Source of the DNA: Betaproteobacteria bacterium
Lineage (GTDB): Bacteria > Pseudomonadota > Gammaproteobacteria > Burkholderiales > SG8-41
DNA: 42,301 nucleotides
Assembly: GCA_043779885.1 (NCBI GenBank)
Contig: JAYWDM010000075.1
Span: forward strand, 1 to 42,301
Reading direction: 5' to 3'
Shown: positions 1 through 8,171 of the stretch, piece by piece
Layout of the letters: each line of letters starts with the position of its first letter
How positions within the stretch are numbered: position 1 is the stretch's first letter
Translations under genes and position numbers: made by a program
Notes under the pieces: generated by a model
Seen by the model: only the letters and a program-made list of their open reading frames with translations
Databases searched by the model: none
What the model was told of the DNA's origin: nothing

Positions 1-1
1 C

Positions 2-679
2 GCCTCGACGCCGGACGAAGAGGCGCTGCTGGTCGACGTCGGCAAGGCGCTGGCGGCATTCCAGGAGACCATCGTCGCGGCGCGCACGCGCTTTGATGAA
101 TTTCGCGACGCGCTGGCGCGCGGTGACCGGGCGGCCGCCGCGCGCTACTCGATTCCCGCCCAGCGCGGCCTCAGGATTTTTATCGGCAGGGGCAATTGCA
201 GCACGTGCCACACGGGGCCGCGCTTCACCAATGGCGAGTTTCACGATACCGGAATACCTTACTTCGCGGGCACGGCGCGCGTCGATCCTGGGCGCTACGA
301 AGGCATCCGGCAGCTGCGGGAAAGCCGCTTCAACCTGCTCGGCCGGTACAACGACGATCCGGCGCGCACGACGGCGGTCGCCACGCGGCACGTCGATCTC
401 GGCCACCGGAATTTCGGGGAATTCAAAGTGCCTTCGCTGCGCAATGCGGCCCTGACCGGACCGTACATGCACAACGGGCATTTCGGCACGCTGCGCGAAG
501 TGGTGCGCTATTACTCGGAGCTTGACGTCGACCGGCTGCACGCCGACGGCGAGCAGATATTGAAACCGTTCACGCTCTCGGCGCAGGAAACCGACGACCT
601 GATCGTTTTTCTGGAGAGCCTGACGGATTACCGGACCGACTGGCGGCGCAGCAAGGGCGGCGAGCCGACCTGCCGGTGA
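2..679 (+). CDS. di-haem cytochrome c peroxidase / MauG family protein, C-terminal part (5' end lies outside the window)
   Basis: The reading frame is open from the window edge. A CXXCH haem motif (CSTCH) sits at 197-211. The C-terminal 'PSLRNAALTGPYMHNGHFGTLREVVRYY' is the conserved CCP/MauG second-haem Met-ligand region. Confidence 0.8.
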   Translation, partial: ASTPDEEALLVDVGKALAAFQETIVAARTRFDEFRDALARGDRAAAARYSIPAQRGLRIFIGRGNCSTCHTGPRFTNGEFHDTGIPYFAGTARVDPGRYEGIRQLRESRFNLLGRYNDDPARTTAVATRHVDLGHRNFGEFKVPSLRNAALTGPYMHNGHFGTLREVVRYYSELDVDRLHADGEQILKPFTLSAQETDDLIVFLESLTDYRTDWRRSKGGEPTCR

Positions 680-690
680 CCGCCCGCAAG

Positions 691-1509
691 TTACCGCGTG
701 CGGCGCGCCTGCTCGTAGAGCGGCGTCACGGTCGGCAGCAACGACTGAATCTGCTCGATGCGGTTGGCTTCGGCCGGGTGGGTGCTCAGAAATTCCGGCG
801 GGCGGCTGCCCTGGTTGGCCTTCATCATTTTCTGCCACAGCGTGACGCCGGCGCGCGGGTTATAGCCGGCGCGCGCGGTGAGTTCGAGGCCGATGCGGTC
901 CGCTTCGGCCTCGTCGAGGCGGCTGAATTTGGTCGCGATCAAGGCTTCGTAGGCGGTATTCGCGGCAGTGGCCGCGCCGTCGCCGAGACCGAGCAGCGCG
1001 GCGCCGACACCGAGCAGTCCCTGCGCGGCCATCGCCTGCGAAACCTGCTCGCGCGAATGCTCGCGCAGGGCGTGCGAGATTTCGTGTCCCATGACGACGG
1101 CGATCTCATCGTCGGCAAGATTGAGCTGCGTAATCAGGCCGGAATAAAACGCGATCTTCCCGCCCGGCATGCAAAATGCGTTGAGTTCGTCGCTGCGAAT
1201 GACGTTGACTTCCCATTTCCAGCCCGGCGCGTCGGCGCGGAACACGCGGGTTTGCGGCTCGATGCGGCTGGCGATCGCGCGCACGCGCTGCGTCATCGCG
1301 GGGTCGGTATTGAGCGCGCCTTTGCCGGCCGCGTCGGCGCGCAGCTTGGCGTAGCTTTGCGCGGCCATCTGGTCGAGCTGCTCCGAGGATATCAGCAGGA
1401 GCTGCTTGCGCTCGGCGCCGACCGCGCCGCCTTCCGTAGTGCTGGCACAGCCGCCGATCGCGAGGGGAAGGCCGGCGGCCAGCAGGGCGACGAGCATTCG
1501 GGGTTTCAC
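691..1509 (-). CDS. M48 family zinc metalloprotease, lipoprotein
   Basis: HEISHALREH (HExxH) zinc motif. N-terminal signal with lipobox LAIGGC. The GTG start at 1509 has an AAGGAG Shine-Dalgarno inside the end of the upstream YceI gene (5 nt gap). Confidence 0.8.
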   Translation of the reverse strand: MKPRMLVALLAAGLPLAIGGCASTTEGGAVGAERKQLLLISSEQLDQMAAQSYAKLRADAAGKGALNTDPAMTQRVRAIASRIEPQTRVFRADAPGWKWEVNVIRSDELNAFCMPGGKIAFYSGLITQLNLADDEIAVVMGHEISHALREHSREQVSQAMAAQGLLGVGAALLGLGDGAATAANTAYEALIATKFSRLDEAEADRIGLELTARAGYNPRAGVTLWQKMMKANQGSRPPEFLSTHPAEANRIEQIQSLLPTVTPLYEQARRTR

Positions 1510-1514
1510 GGTAT

Positions 1515-2084
1515 TTACTCCTTGTAGGCTTCGATCTGGATTGAAATTCTGACCTCGTCGCCGATGCCGGTCGCGCCGCGTTTAATGCCCCATTCGGAAC
1601 GCTTGAGCGTGGCGGCGGCGGCCGCGCCGCACAGGTCCTTCTTGTTGACCGGGTGCTGAATGCAGCGGAACGACGTGACGTTCAGGCTGACCGGCCGCGT
1701 CACGCCCATCATCGTAAGATCGCCATCCGCGCCGGCGAGCGCATCACCCGCGAACCTGAGGGTATGCGATTTGAAGGCGATGGTCGGAAATTTCTCGACG
1801 TCAAGATAGTCGGCGCTCTTCACGTGCCTGTCGCGCGCGTCGTGGCCGGTGTCCACCGATGCCGTATCGATGACGACGTCGATGCTGCCCGCCCTGCCGG
1901 CGCGGTCCAGCACGACCCGGGCGGCGATGGTCTTGTTAAAGCGACCGTGTATCCACGAGATGCCGAGGTGCCCGGTTTCGAAGTATGCGTAAGTGTGCGC
2001 GAGGTCGCCGACGTAGATTTCGGCCGCCGCCGCGGGCACGGCGACTCCCAGCGCCATGATCGCCAGCGCGGATCTGCAAAACAT
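1515..2084 (-). CDS. YceI family periplasmic protein (copy 2)
   Basis: YceI-like beta-barrel sequence (…VDTGHDARDRHVKSADYLDVEKFPTIAFKS…). Signal peptide MFCRSALAIMALGVAVPAAAA. The ATG at 2084 is preceded by GGAGGA; the longer track ORF uses a TTG. Confidence 0.8.
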   Translation of the reverse strand: MFCRSALAIMALGVAVPAAAAEIYVGDLAHTYAYFETGHLGISWIHGRFNKTIAARVVLDRAGRAGSIDVVIDTASVDTGHDARDRHVKSADYLDVEKFPTIAFKSHTLRFAGDALAGADGDLTMMGVTRPVSLNVTSFRCIQHPVNKKDLCGAAAAATLKRSEWGIKRGATGIGDEVRISIQIEAYKE

Positions 2085-2117
2085 GCCTTCCTCCGTTGAT
2101 TTGACCGCCCGGAACAA

Positions 2118-2690
2118 CTATTTTCCCGCGCCCGGCCTGGCCATCGCCACGACAATATGAAACCTTATCTGCACTTCATCGGCGACGGTATCGGTATCTT
2201 TCCACGCGCCCTCGCCGATATTGTACTGCAGACGCCTGATCGCAAACACGCCGTCGAACACGGCGGCGCCCGCTTCCTCCCGGTAGGTAAAAGGCGCGCT
2301 GACTTCGACGGTTTTGCCTTTGATGGTCAGCGGGCCCCGCACTTCGAATCTGCCGTTGCCCGCCGCTTTGATGCCCGCCGCCACAAACGTCGCCTTCGGA
2401 AAATTGCGCGCATCGAACCATGCCTTGCCTTTGGCCTCGTCGTTGACTTCGGCGTTATCAATGTCGAAACTGTCCACGTCAATCTCGATACGCGCTTTGC
2501 CGGCCGCGGGTTTGGCCGGGTCGAACGCGATCTGCGCCGTGAATTTCCTGAAGCGCGCTTCGACCGGCACGTTCATCTGCCGCGACACGCACGTAATGCG
2601 GCTCTTGTCATAGACGACCGGTTGCGCGGCCGCGACATCACCCAACAGGATTGAGCCCAGAATAAGCACGCTGCGCAGGGCGCTATGCAT
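2118..2690 (-). CDS. YceI family periplasmic protein (copy 1)
   Basis: YceI-like sequence (…DVDSFDIDNAEVNDEAKGKAWFDARNFPKATF…). I chose the internal ATG at 2690 (MHSALRSVLILGS… signal peptide). It overlaps the cytochrome b561 stop by 8 nt (ATGCATAG). Confidence 0.8.
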   Translation of the reverse strand: MHSALRSVLILGSILLGDVAAAQPVVYDKSRITCVSRQMNVPVEARFRKFTAQIAFDPAKPAAGKARIEIDVDSFDIDNAEVNDEAKGKAWFDARNFPKATFVAAGIKAAGNGRFEVRGPLTIKGKTVEVSAPFTYREEAGAAVFDGVFAIRRLQYNIGEGAWKDTDTVADEVQIRFHIVVAMARPGAGK

Positions 2691-3249
2691 TGCTATTGCT
2701 GCCTTCCCGGGGTTTGACCCACGGCAGCATGCGTGAGAGTACGTCATCGCGCGCCATGATGTGGTGCTGCAACGCCGCGGCAACGTGGGCGACGACCGCC
2801 GCCAGCAGCGTGTAGTTCAATGTGATATGCACCCATTTCAGCTGATCCGCGAGAGGTTTGTTTTTGGCCAGCAGGTCGGGCAGCTGGACGACGCCGAGAT
2901 ACACCGTGGGCAGGCCCGCCGCCGAACTGTAAAGCCAGCCGCTGACCGGGATGATGATGATCAATGCATAGAGCAGCACATGCGCCGCCGCCGCCGCCCG
3001 GCGCTGCCACGCCGGCATGCCGGCGGGCAGGGCCGGCGCAGGGTGCGTCAGGCGCCAGGCGAGACGCGCAAGCGCGAGCAGGAACACCGTGACGCCCAGC
3101 CATTTGTGCCACGAGTAGTACTTGAGCTTGGGCGGCGCGAGCGGCAAATCGACCATGTAGACGGCAAGCGCGAAACCGCATGCGGCAAGCGCGAAGATCA
3201 GCCAATGCAGGGCGATGGCAGTCTGCGTGTAACGAGCGGCGGTCGGCAT
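2683..3249 (-). CDS. cytochrome b561 (CybB/YceJ family) membrane protein
   Basis: 188 aa with four hydrophobic helices and conserved His residues (…IALHW…, …SWHKW…, …AHV…, …HVAAALQHH…). It has the classic pairing with downstream yceI genes. Confidence 0.8.
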   Translation of the reverse strand: MPTAARYTQTAIALHWLIFALAACGFALAVYMVDLPLAPPKLKYYSWHKWLGVTVFLLALARLAWRLTHPAPALPAGMPAWQRRAAAAAHVLLYALIIIIPVSGWLYSSAAGLPTVYLGVVQLPDLLAKNKPLADQLKWVHITLNYTLLAAVVAHVAAALQHHIMARDDVLSRMLPWVKPREGSNSNA

Positions 3250-3299
3250 GAGCGTGCTTGCGCGGCAGCAACGGGATCAGGATAAAGCCGGATTCTAGT

Positions 3300-4763
3300 C
3301 TATCCGGCGGACAGTTCGCGGGCCGCCGCCTGCCGGATTACGCGGAGCTCTTGCCGTGCGCGCGGAAAAACGACGCTGACGCGCGTGCCGGCGTCCTGCG
3401 GCCCGGCGGTCAGTCGCGTGTCGGCATTGTGGCATTGCGCGATCTCGCGCACGATCGCCAGACCCAGTCCGCAGCCTTCCGCGCCGGTGCCGAGCACGCG
3501 GTGAAAGCGCTCGAATACGCGCTCGCGTTCGGCGGCCGGGATGCCCGGTCCGTTGTCTTCGACCTCGAGCAGCACGTGATCGTCCGCCGCCGCGACGCGT
3601 GCCGTGACGCGGCCGCCGCGGTGGGTGTAGCGGATCGCGTTGTCGAGCAGATTGCCCAGCATTTCCCTGATCAGAAAGGTATCGCCCTCGATCATGGCAG
3701 CGGACGCGCCGTCAAACCCCAGATCGATATCGCGCGCGAGCGCGCGCGGCACCCACTCCGTGGTGGTGTTGCGCGCGAGTTCGGCGAGGTCGAGCGGCTG
3801 CAGCACCTGCACGCGGCCGGAGCCGGGCTCGGCGCGCGCGAGCGTCAGCAGTTGATTGACCAGATGCGCGGTCTGTTCCGTCGCGGTATTCAGCTGCAGC
3901 AGCGTATGATGAACTTCGCCGGGGTCCCGCTGCCGCAAGGCGAGTTCAGTCTGCGTTTTGATGCCGGCGAGCGGCGTGCGCAACTGGTGCGCCGCGTCGG
4001 CTATGAAGCGCTGTTGTGCCGACAAGGCGGATGCGAGCCGGGCCAGCAAATCGTTCATGGCGCGGATCAGCGCGCGCACTTCGCCCGGGGCGTTTTGCTC
4101 CGGCAACGCGCTCAAGTCGCGATGCGAGCGGCTGCCGATTTCTTTTTGCAGTGCGGCGAGCGGCCGCAGTCCGCGATCGATGCCGAACCAGACCAGCGCG
4201 CCGATCAGCGCGATCAGCAGCAGTTCGGGCAGCAGCATGCCGAGCAGCACTTCGGTGGCCAGCGTGCGCCGCTTGTTCAGCGTTTCAGCGACCAGAATCA
4301 GCACCGGGTGGTCGCCCGTATCGCCCGTAACCTGCGAATAGAGCGCCGCTACCCGCACCGGGCTGCCGCGATAATTTCCGTCGTAGTAAACAGGCTTGCC
4401 GGGCGGCGCCTGCTCATCAGGCGCGGGCAGTCCGCGGTGTCCCGTGACGAACGCGCCCTTCGCATCGCTGACCATGTAGTAAATTCTGTCGTGTTTGTCG
4501 GACTCAAGCATGTCGAGTGCGGCGCTCGGCAGGTCGACACGCACCCTGCCGTCGATTACGCGGGTCTGCCGGCCGATATCGAACGCCGAGTCGAACAGCG
4601 CATAGTCATAGGCGAGGTTCGCGAAGTTAAACGCGTAGTAATACGTCACCACCGCGCTGATCAGCGTTACGAGTACGATGGGAGCGAGCAGCGAAGAGAG
4701 CAGCTGGCGCCGCAGCGAGGCGTGTTCGGATTCGGGCGCCTGCCGCGCGGGGAGCGCGCTCAT
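3300..4763 (-). CDS. two-component sensor histidine kinase (periplasmic 2CSK_N/TctE-QseC-like sensor domain)
   Basis: H-box HQLRTPLAGIK. N and G boxes: NLLDNAIRYT, DNGPGI, GLGLAIV. Two TM segments flank a periplasmic domain of about 150 aa. The start overlaps the regulator stop (ATGA). Confidence 0.85.
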   Translation of the reverse strand: MSALPARQAPESEHASLRRQLLSSLLAPIVLVTLISAVVTYYYAFNFANLAYDYALFDSAFDIGRQTRVIDGRVRVDLPSAALDMLESDKHDRIYYMVSDAKGAFVTGHRGLPAPDEQAPPGKPVYYDGNYRGSPVRVAALYSQVTGDTGDHPVLILVAETLNKRRTLATEVLLGMLLPELLLIALIGALVWFGIDRGLRPLAALQKEIGSRSHRDLSALPEQNAPGEVRALIRAMNDLLARLASALSAQQRFIADAAHQLRTPLAGIKTQTELALRQRDPGEVHHTLLQLNTATEQTAHLVNQLLTLARAEPGSGRVQVLQPLDLAELARNTTTEWVPRALARDIDLGFDGASAAMIEGDTFLIREMLGNLLDNAIRYTHRGGRVTARVAAADDHVLLEVEDNGPGIPAAERERVFERFHRVLGTGAEGCGLGLAIVREIAQCHNADTRLTAGPQDAGTRVSVVFPRARQELRVIRQAAARELSAG

Positions 4764-5428
4764 GCGTCCTTGTCGAGCAGGTAGCCCAGGCCGCGTATCG
4801 TGCGTATCGCAACACCCGCGGGCTCGACCTTCTTGCGCAGCCGGTGCACGTATACCTCGATGGCGTTGGCGCCAACCTCCTCATTCCACCCGTAGAGCTG
4901 CTCCGCGAGCTGTTCCTTGTTGACCACGCGCCCGCTGCGCATCATCAGCACTTCGAGTACGCCGAGTTCCCGCGCCGACAGTTCGAGCGGCGCGCCGTTG
5001 AGCGTCGCGCGTCTGCCGCTGGTGTCGAGCGTCAGCGGGCCATGCGTGAGCAGCGCGCTGCCGCCGGTCTGGCCGCGGCGTATCAGCGCGCGCACGCGCG
5101 CCTCGAGTTCGGGCAGGTCGAACGGCTTGGTCATATAGTCGTCGGCGCCCAGGTCGAGCCCCTTGACGCGGTCGGGCAGGGCGTCGCGCGCGGTCAGCAC
5201 CAGCACCGGCACGCCGGCGCCGCGTCGCCGCAGCCGCCGGAGGACCTCGAAACCGCCGAGCTTGGGCAGACCCAGATCGAGTATCACCAGATCGTAATTT
5301 TGTGCGGACAGCACGTGGTCGGCGTGTTCGCCGTCATGCGCGCAGTCGACGGCAAAATCGGACTGCCGCAGCGAACGCGTGAGGCCGTCGGCCAGTACCG
5401 GGTCGTCTTCGACGATAAGGATGCGCAA
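4760..5428 (-). CDS. OmpR/PhoB-family response regulator
   Basis: Receiver domain (MRILIVEDD…DLVILDLGLP…) plus a winged-helix C-terminus (…IEVYVHRLRKK…IRTIRGLGY). Confidence 0.9.
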   Translation of the reverse strand: MRILIVEDDPVLADGLTRSLRQSDFAVDCAHDGEHADHVLSAQNYDLVILDLGLPKLGGFEVLRRLRRRGAGVPVLVLTARDALPDRVKGLDLGADDYMTKPFDLPELEARVRALIRRGQTGGSALLTHGPLTLDTSGRRATLNGAPLELSARELGVLEVLMMRSGRVVNKEQLAEQLYGWNEEVGANAIEVYVHRLRKKVEPAGVAIRTIRGLGYLLDKDA

Positions 5429-5534
5429 AGGTTAAGCCCATGAATCCGGAATATTTGCGGCCTTATAGTGTAGCGCAGTGGCAAATCCCGTGCGGTATGG
5501 TACATTTCGCTTCCGCAAACCATGCTGACGCGAC

Positions 5535-5551
5535 GTAAGTTTCGCGTAAGG
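5535..5551 (+). promoter_or_regulatory. direct repeat GTAAGT-N5-GTAAGG (11-bp phasing), candidate response-regulator box
   Basis: The repeat lies in the divergent regulator/efflux intergenic region, and a near-identical repeat occurs at 11314-11330. Caveat: the second half-site overlaps a possible Shine-Dalgarno for the GTG at 5563. Confidence 0.25.
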
Positions 5552-5562
5552 AAGAGCCGTTC

Positions 5563-6948
5563 GTGTTAATAAACCAGGGTGCCGCCGCGCGCGCGTTTGC
5601 AGTGCCAGTTTGCGCGTCGCCTGCCGCGCTGATGCGGGGTGCGCGCGCGTTTGCGCTTGCGGTGCTCCTCGCAAGCGTGAGCGCAGCCGTCGCCGGCGCA
5701 GAGCCGGCGCCTGCCACGGTTGCATTGAATCCCGGCCTTGAGCAGTTAACGCTGCGCCAGGCGGAGATCGCTTTTGCAGCCCGCAATCGTGAACTGCAGC
5801 TCGGCCAGCGTCTGATCGAAGGTGCGCAGGCCGACCGCCTGTCCGCCGCGCAACGGCCCAATCCGAATGTGTCGCTCAACGCCAGTCCGCTCAATCCGCA
5901 CTCGGGGCTCGGCTCGGGCGATCTGCGCGAAAAGCAGCTCGGCACTACATTCGGCGTGCAGCAATTATTCGAACGGGGCGGCAAGCGCGAATTGCGCATG
6001 CAGGCCGCGGACCACAACATCACGGCAAGCCGCGGTGATTATGCCGATATCCATCGTCAGCAGAAAGTCGCGCTGTACGTCGCTTATTACGAACTCGTCG
6101 CGGCGCAGGAGAAGCTGCGCATAGCCACGGAGACCGCCGGGCTGTTCCAGAAGACGATAGACGCGGTGGAACTGCGTCTGAAGGCCGGCGACATCGCGCG
6201 GTCCGAAGTGGCGCGCATCCGGGTCGATGCGCTGCGCGCGCAAAACGACGCGCGAACCGCGCAGGCCGAACGCCAGAAGGCGCAGACGTCGCTTGCGTAT
6301 GTGATCGGCGCGGAGCGCGACGCCTCGCGCATCAATGCTATCGATGGCTGGCCCGCGATGAGCGCGGCGGACGGCGCGTTCGGGATCGACCAGGCGCTCG
6401 GCGGGCGCGCCGACGTGCAGGCGGCCCAGGCGCGGGTTGCTGCCGCCGACAAGAACCGCGAACTGGCGCGCGCACTGCGCACGCGCGACGTCACGGGCTC
6501 GGCGCAGTTTCAGCATTTCCCGGGCGATTTCAGCAACAATACGTTCGGCGTCGGAGTGAGCGTGCCGTTGTTCACCAACTACTATTTTGAAGGCGAGATT
6601 CGGCGCGCGGAAGTGGAGTTGCAGATCGCGCGCGAAAACTTCGAGCGTGTCCGCGCGCTGGCGCTGGGCGAGATCGTGAAGAGCCGCGCCGACCTCGACT
6701 CCGCGCGCGATCGCGTGCAGCGTTTTCGCGAAGTGCTGCTCGCTGAAGCGCAAAGGTCCGCCGAGGGCGCCGAATTCGCGTACAGCCGCGGCGCGATCGG
6801 CGTGATGGATCTGCTCGATGCGCGCCGCCAGCTCTATGCGACGCGGCTCGAAGCTTCAGGCGCGCAGGCCGACTACGCCCGCTCGCTCGCCGCGTGGCAG
6901 GCCGCCGTGGCGACTGCGGAGATCGAACCCACGACTGCGGGAAAATGA
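5563..6948 (+). CDS. outer membrane efflux protein, TolC/CzcC family
   Basis: About 460 aa OEP-type protein with two long coiled-coil repeat halves. It is the first gene of an OMF-MFP-RND operon. The start is uncertain: GTG 5563 has an AAGGAAGAG RBS, while ATG 5632 gives a cleaner signal peptide (MRGARAFALAVLLASVSA). Confidence 0.75.
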   Translation: MLINQGAAARAFAVPVCASPAALMRGARAFALAVLLASVSAAVAGAEPAPATVALNPGLEQLTLRQAEIAFAARNRELQLGQRLIEGAQADRLSAAQRPNPNVSLNASPLNPHSGLGSGDLREKQLGTTFGVQQLFERGGKRELRMQAADHNITASRGDYADIHRQQKVALYVAYYELVAAQEKLRIATETAGLFQKTIDAVELRLKAGDIARSEVARIRVDALRAQNDARTAQAERQKAQTSLAYVIGAERDASRINAIDGWPAMSAADGAFGIDQALGGRADVQAAQARVAAADKNRELARALRTRDVTGSAQFQHFPGDFSNNTFGVGVSVPLFTNYYFEGEIRRAEVELQIARENFERVRALALGEIVKSRADLDSARDRVQRFREVLLAEAQRSAEGAEFAYSRGAIGVMDLLDARRQLYATRLEASGAQADYARSLAAWQAAVATAEIEPTTAGK

Positions 6949-7010
6949 CCCGGCCGCAGGCGATTAACCGTTATCCCGGCAATAACCGGAACAACGGCAA
7001 GGGGAATGAC

Positions 7011-8141
7011 ATGCGAATTGTCTGTTGCGGCGCGCTGCTCATGGTGATCGCGGCGTCCGGTTGCGATAACGGCACGAAACTCCTGGCGCTGCCGCAACCC
7101 AAGGTCAACGGCGAGACTATTGTCTTCGCGCCCGACAGCCCGCAACTTTCCTCGCTGGCCACGGAGGCGGCGGTCGAACGCGCGGCCGCCGCCGCGACCC
7201 TGAACGGCAGGCTGGGCTGGAACGAAGACAAAACGGTGCGCATTTACACGCCGTTTGCCGGCCGTGTCACGCGCATCCTCGCGCAGCCCGGCGAGAAAAT
7301 TCAGCCGGGCCAGACGCTGGCGGTCATCGCGTCCCCCGATTTCGGGCAGGCGCAGGCCGATGCTCGCCGGACCGAAGGCGAATATGCGCTGGCCGGCCAA
7401 AACCTCGCGCGCGTCAAGGACCTGCATGCGCACGGCGTAGCGCCCGCGAAGGATCTGCATGCGGCCGAGGCCGATTACGGACGCGCTGAATCCGAACTGC
7501 AGCGCACGCAGGCGCGGCTGAAGCTCTACGGCGGCGGTACGCAGGTAGATCAGACCTACGCGCTGAAAAGCCCGCTGGGCGGCGTCGTCGTTGAGAAAAC
7601 CATTAACCCCGGCCAGGAACTGCGCCCCGATCAGATGGGCGGCGCGCCCGCCCTGTTTGTCATCACGGATCCGGCGTATTTATGGGTCTTGCTGGATGCG
7701 GCGGAGAAGGACCTGCCGCACGTCAGGATCGGCAAGACCATCAACGTCCGCGTACCGGCCTATCCCGACGCCGTGTTTCCAGCCAAGGTCACCACCGTGT
7801 CCGATTTTCTGGATCCCGCGACGCGCACGATCAAGGTGCGCGCCGAGCTTGCCAACCCGCAGCGGCAGTTGAAGGGCGAAATGTTCGTCACGGCCGCGCT
7901 TAATGACGCCACCGCCAGGGTGCTGCAGGTGCCGCTGCGCGCGGTGTTTTTCCAGGGCGGCAGGCATTTTGTGTTTGTCGAACGCGGCACTGGCTCGTTC
8001 GCGCGCCAGGAAGTGAAGACCGGCGATGCGTATGACGGCAACGTCACTATTCTGTCGGGCTTGCAGCCGGGACAGAAAGTGGTGAGCGAGGGCGCGTTGT
8101 CACTGCAGCAGATGCTGCAGCCGCGCCGCGTCGTCAAGTAG
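7011..8141 (+). CDS. efflux RND periplasmic adaptor (MFP, CzcB/HlyD family)
   Basis: ATG 7011 is preceded by AAGGGGA. Lipoprotein-type signal MRIVCCGALLMVIAASGC. Lipoyl-like motif PFAGRVTRILAQPGEKIQPGQTLAVIASPDF and a coiled-coil hairpin. Confidence 0.85.
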   Translation: MRIVCCGALLMVIAASGCDNGTKLLALPQPKVNGETIVFAPDSPQLSSLATEAAVERAAAAATLNGRLGWNEDKTVRIYTPFAGRVTRILAQPGEKIQPGQTLAVIASPDFGQAQADARRTEGEYALAGQNLARVKDLHAHGVAPAKDLHAAEADYGRAESELQRTQARLKLYGGGTQVDQTYALKSPLGGVVVEKTINPGQELRPDQMGGAPALFVITDPAYLWVLLDAAEKDLPHVRIGKTINVRVPAYPDAVFPAKVTTVSDFLDPATRTIKVRAELANPQRQLKGEMFVTAALNDATARVLQVPLRAVFFQGGRHFVFVERGTGSFARQEVKTGDAYDGNVTILSGLQPGQKVVSEGALSLQQMLQPRRVVK

Positions 8142-8171
8142 CGGGCCGCTGGACGGCACGCGGGCGCGATC

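Noticed and set aside
3258-4784. 508-aa plus-strand ORF antisense to the histidine kinase. The same class includes 676-1527(+), 5965-6753(-), 8100-9569(-), 10116-11303(-), 12670-14718(-), 20647-21501(-), 25356-26741(+), 26948-28135(+), 29770-30675(-), 30354-31379(-), 38166-39323(-) and 39624-40859(-).
   Set aside because: These are mirror-frame ORFs, typical of high-GC DNA. They are Arg/Ala/Gly/His-rich with no recognisable motifs. Each fully overlaps a gene on the other strand that has unambiguous family signatures.
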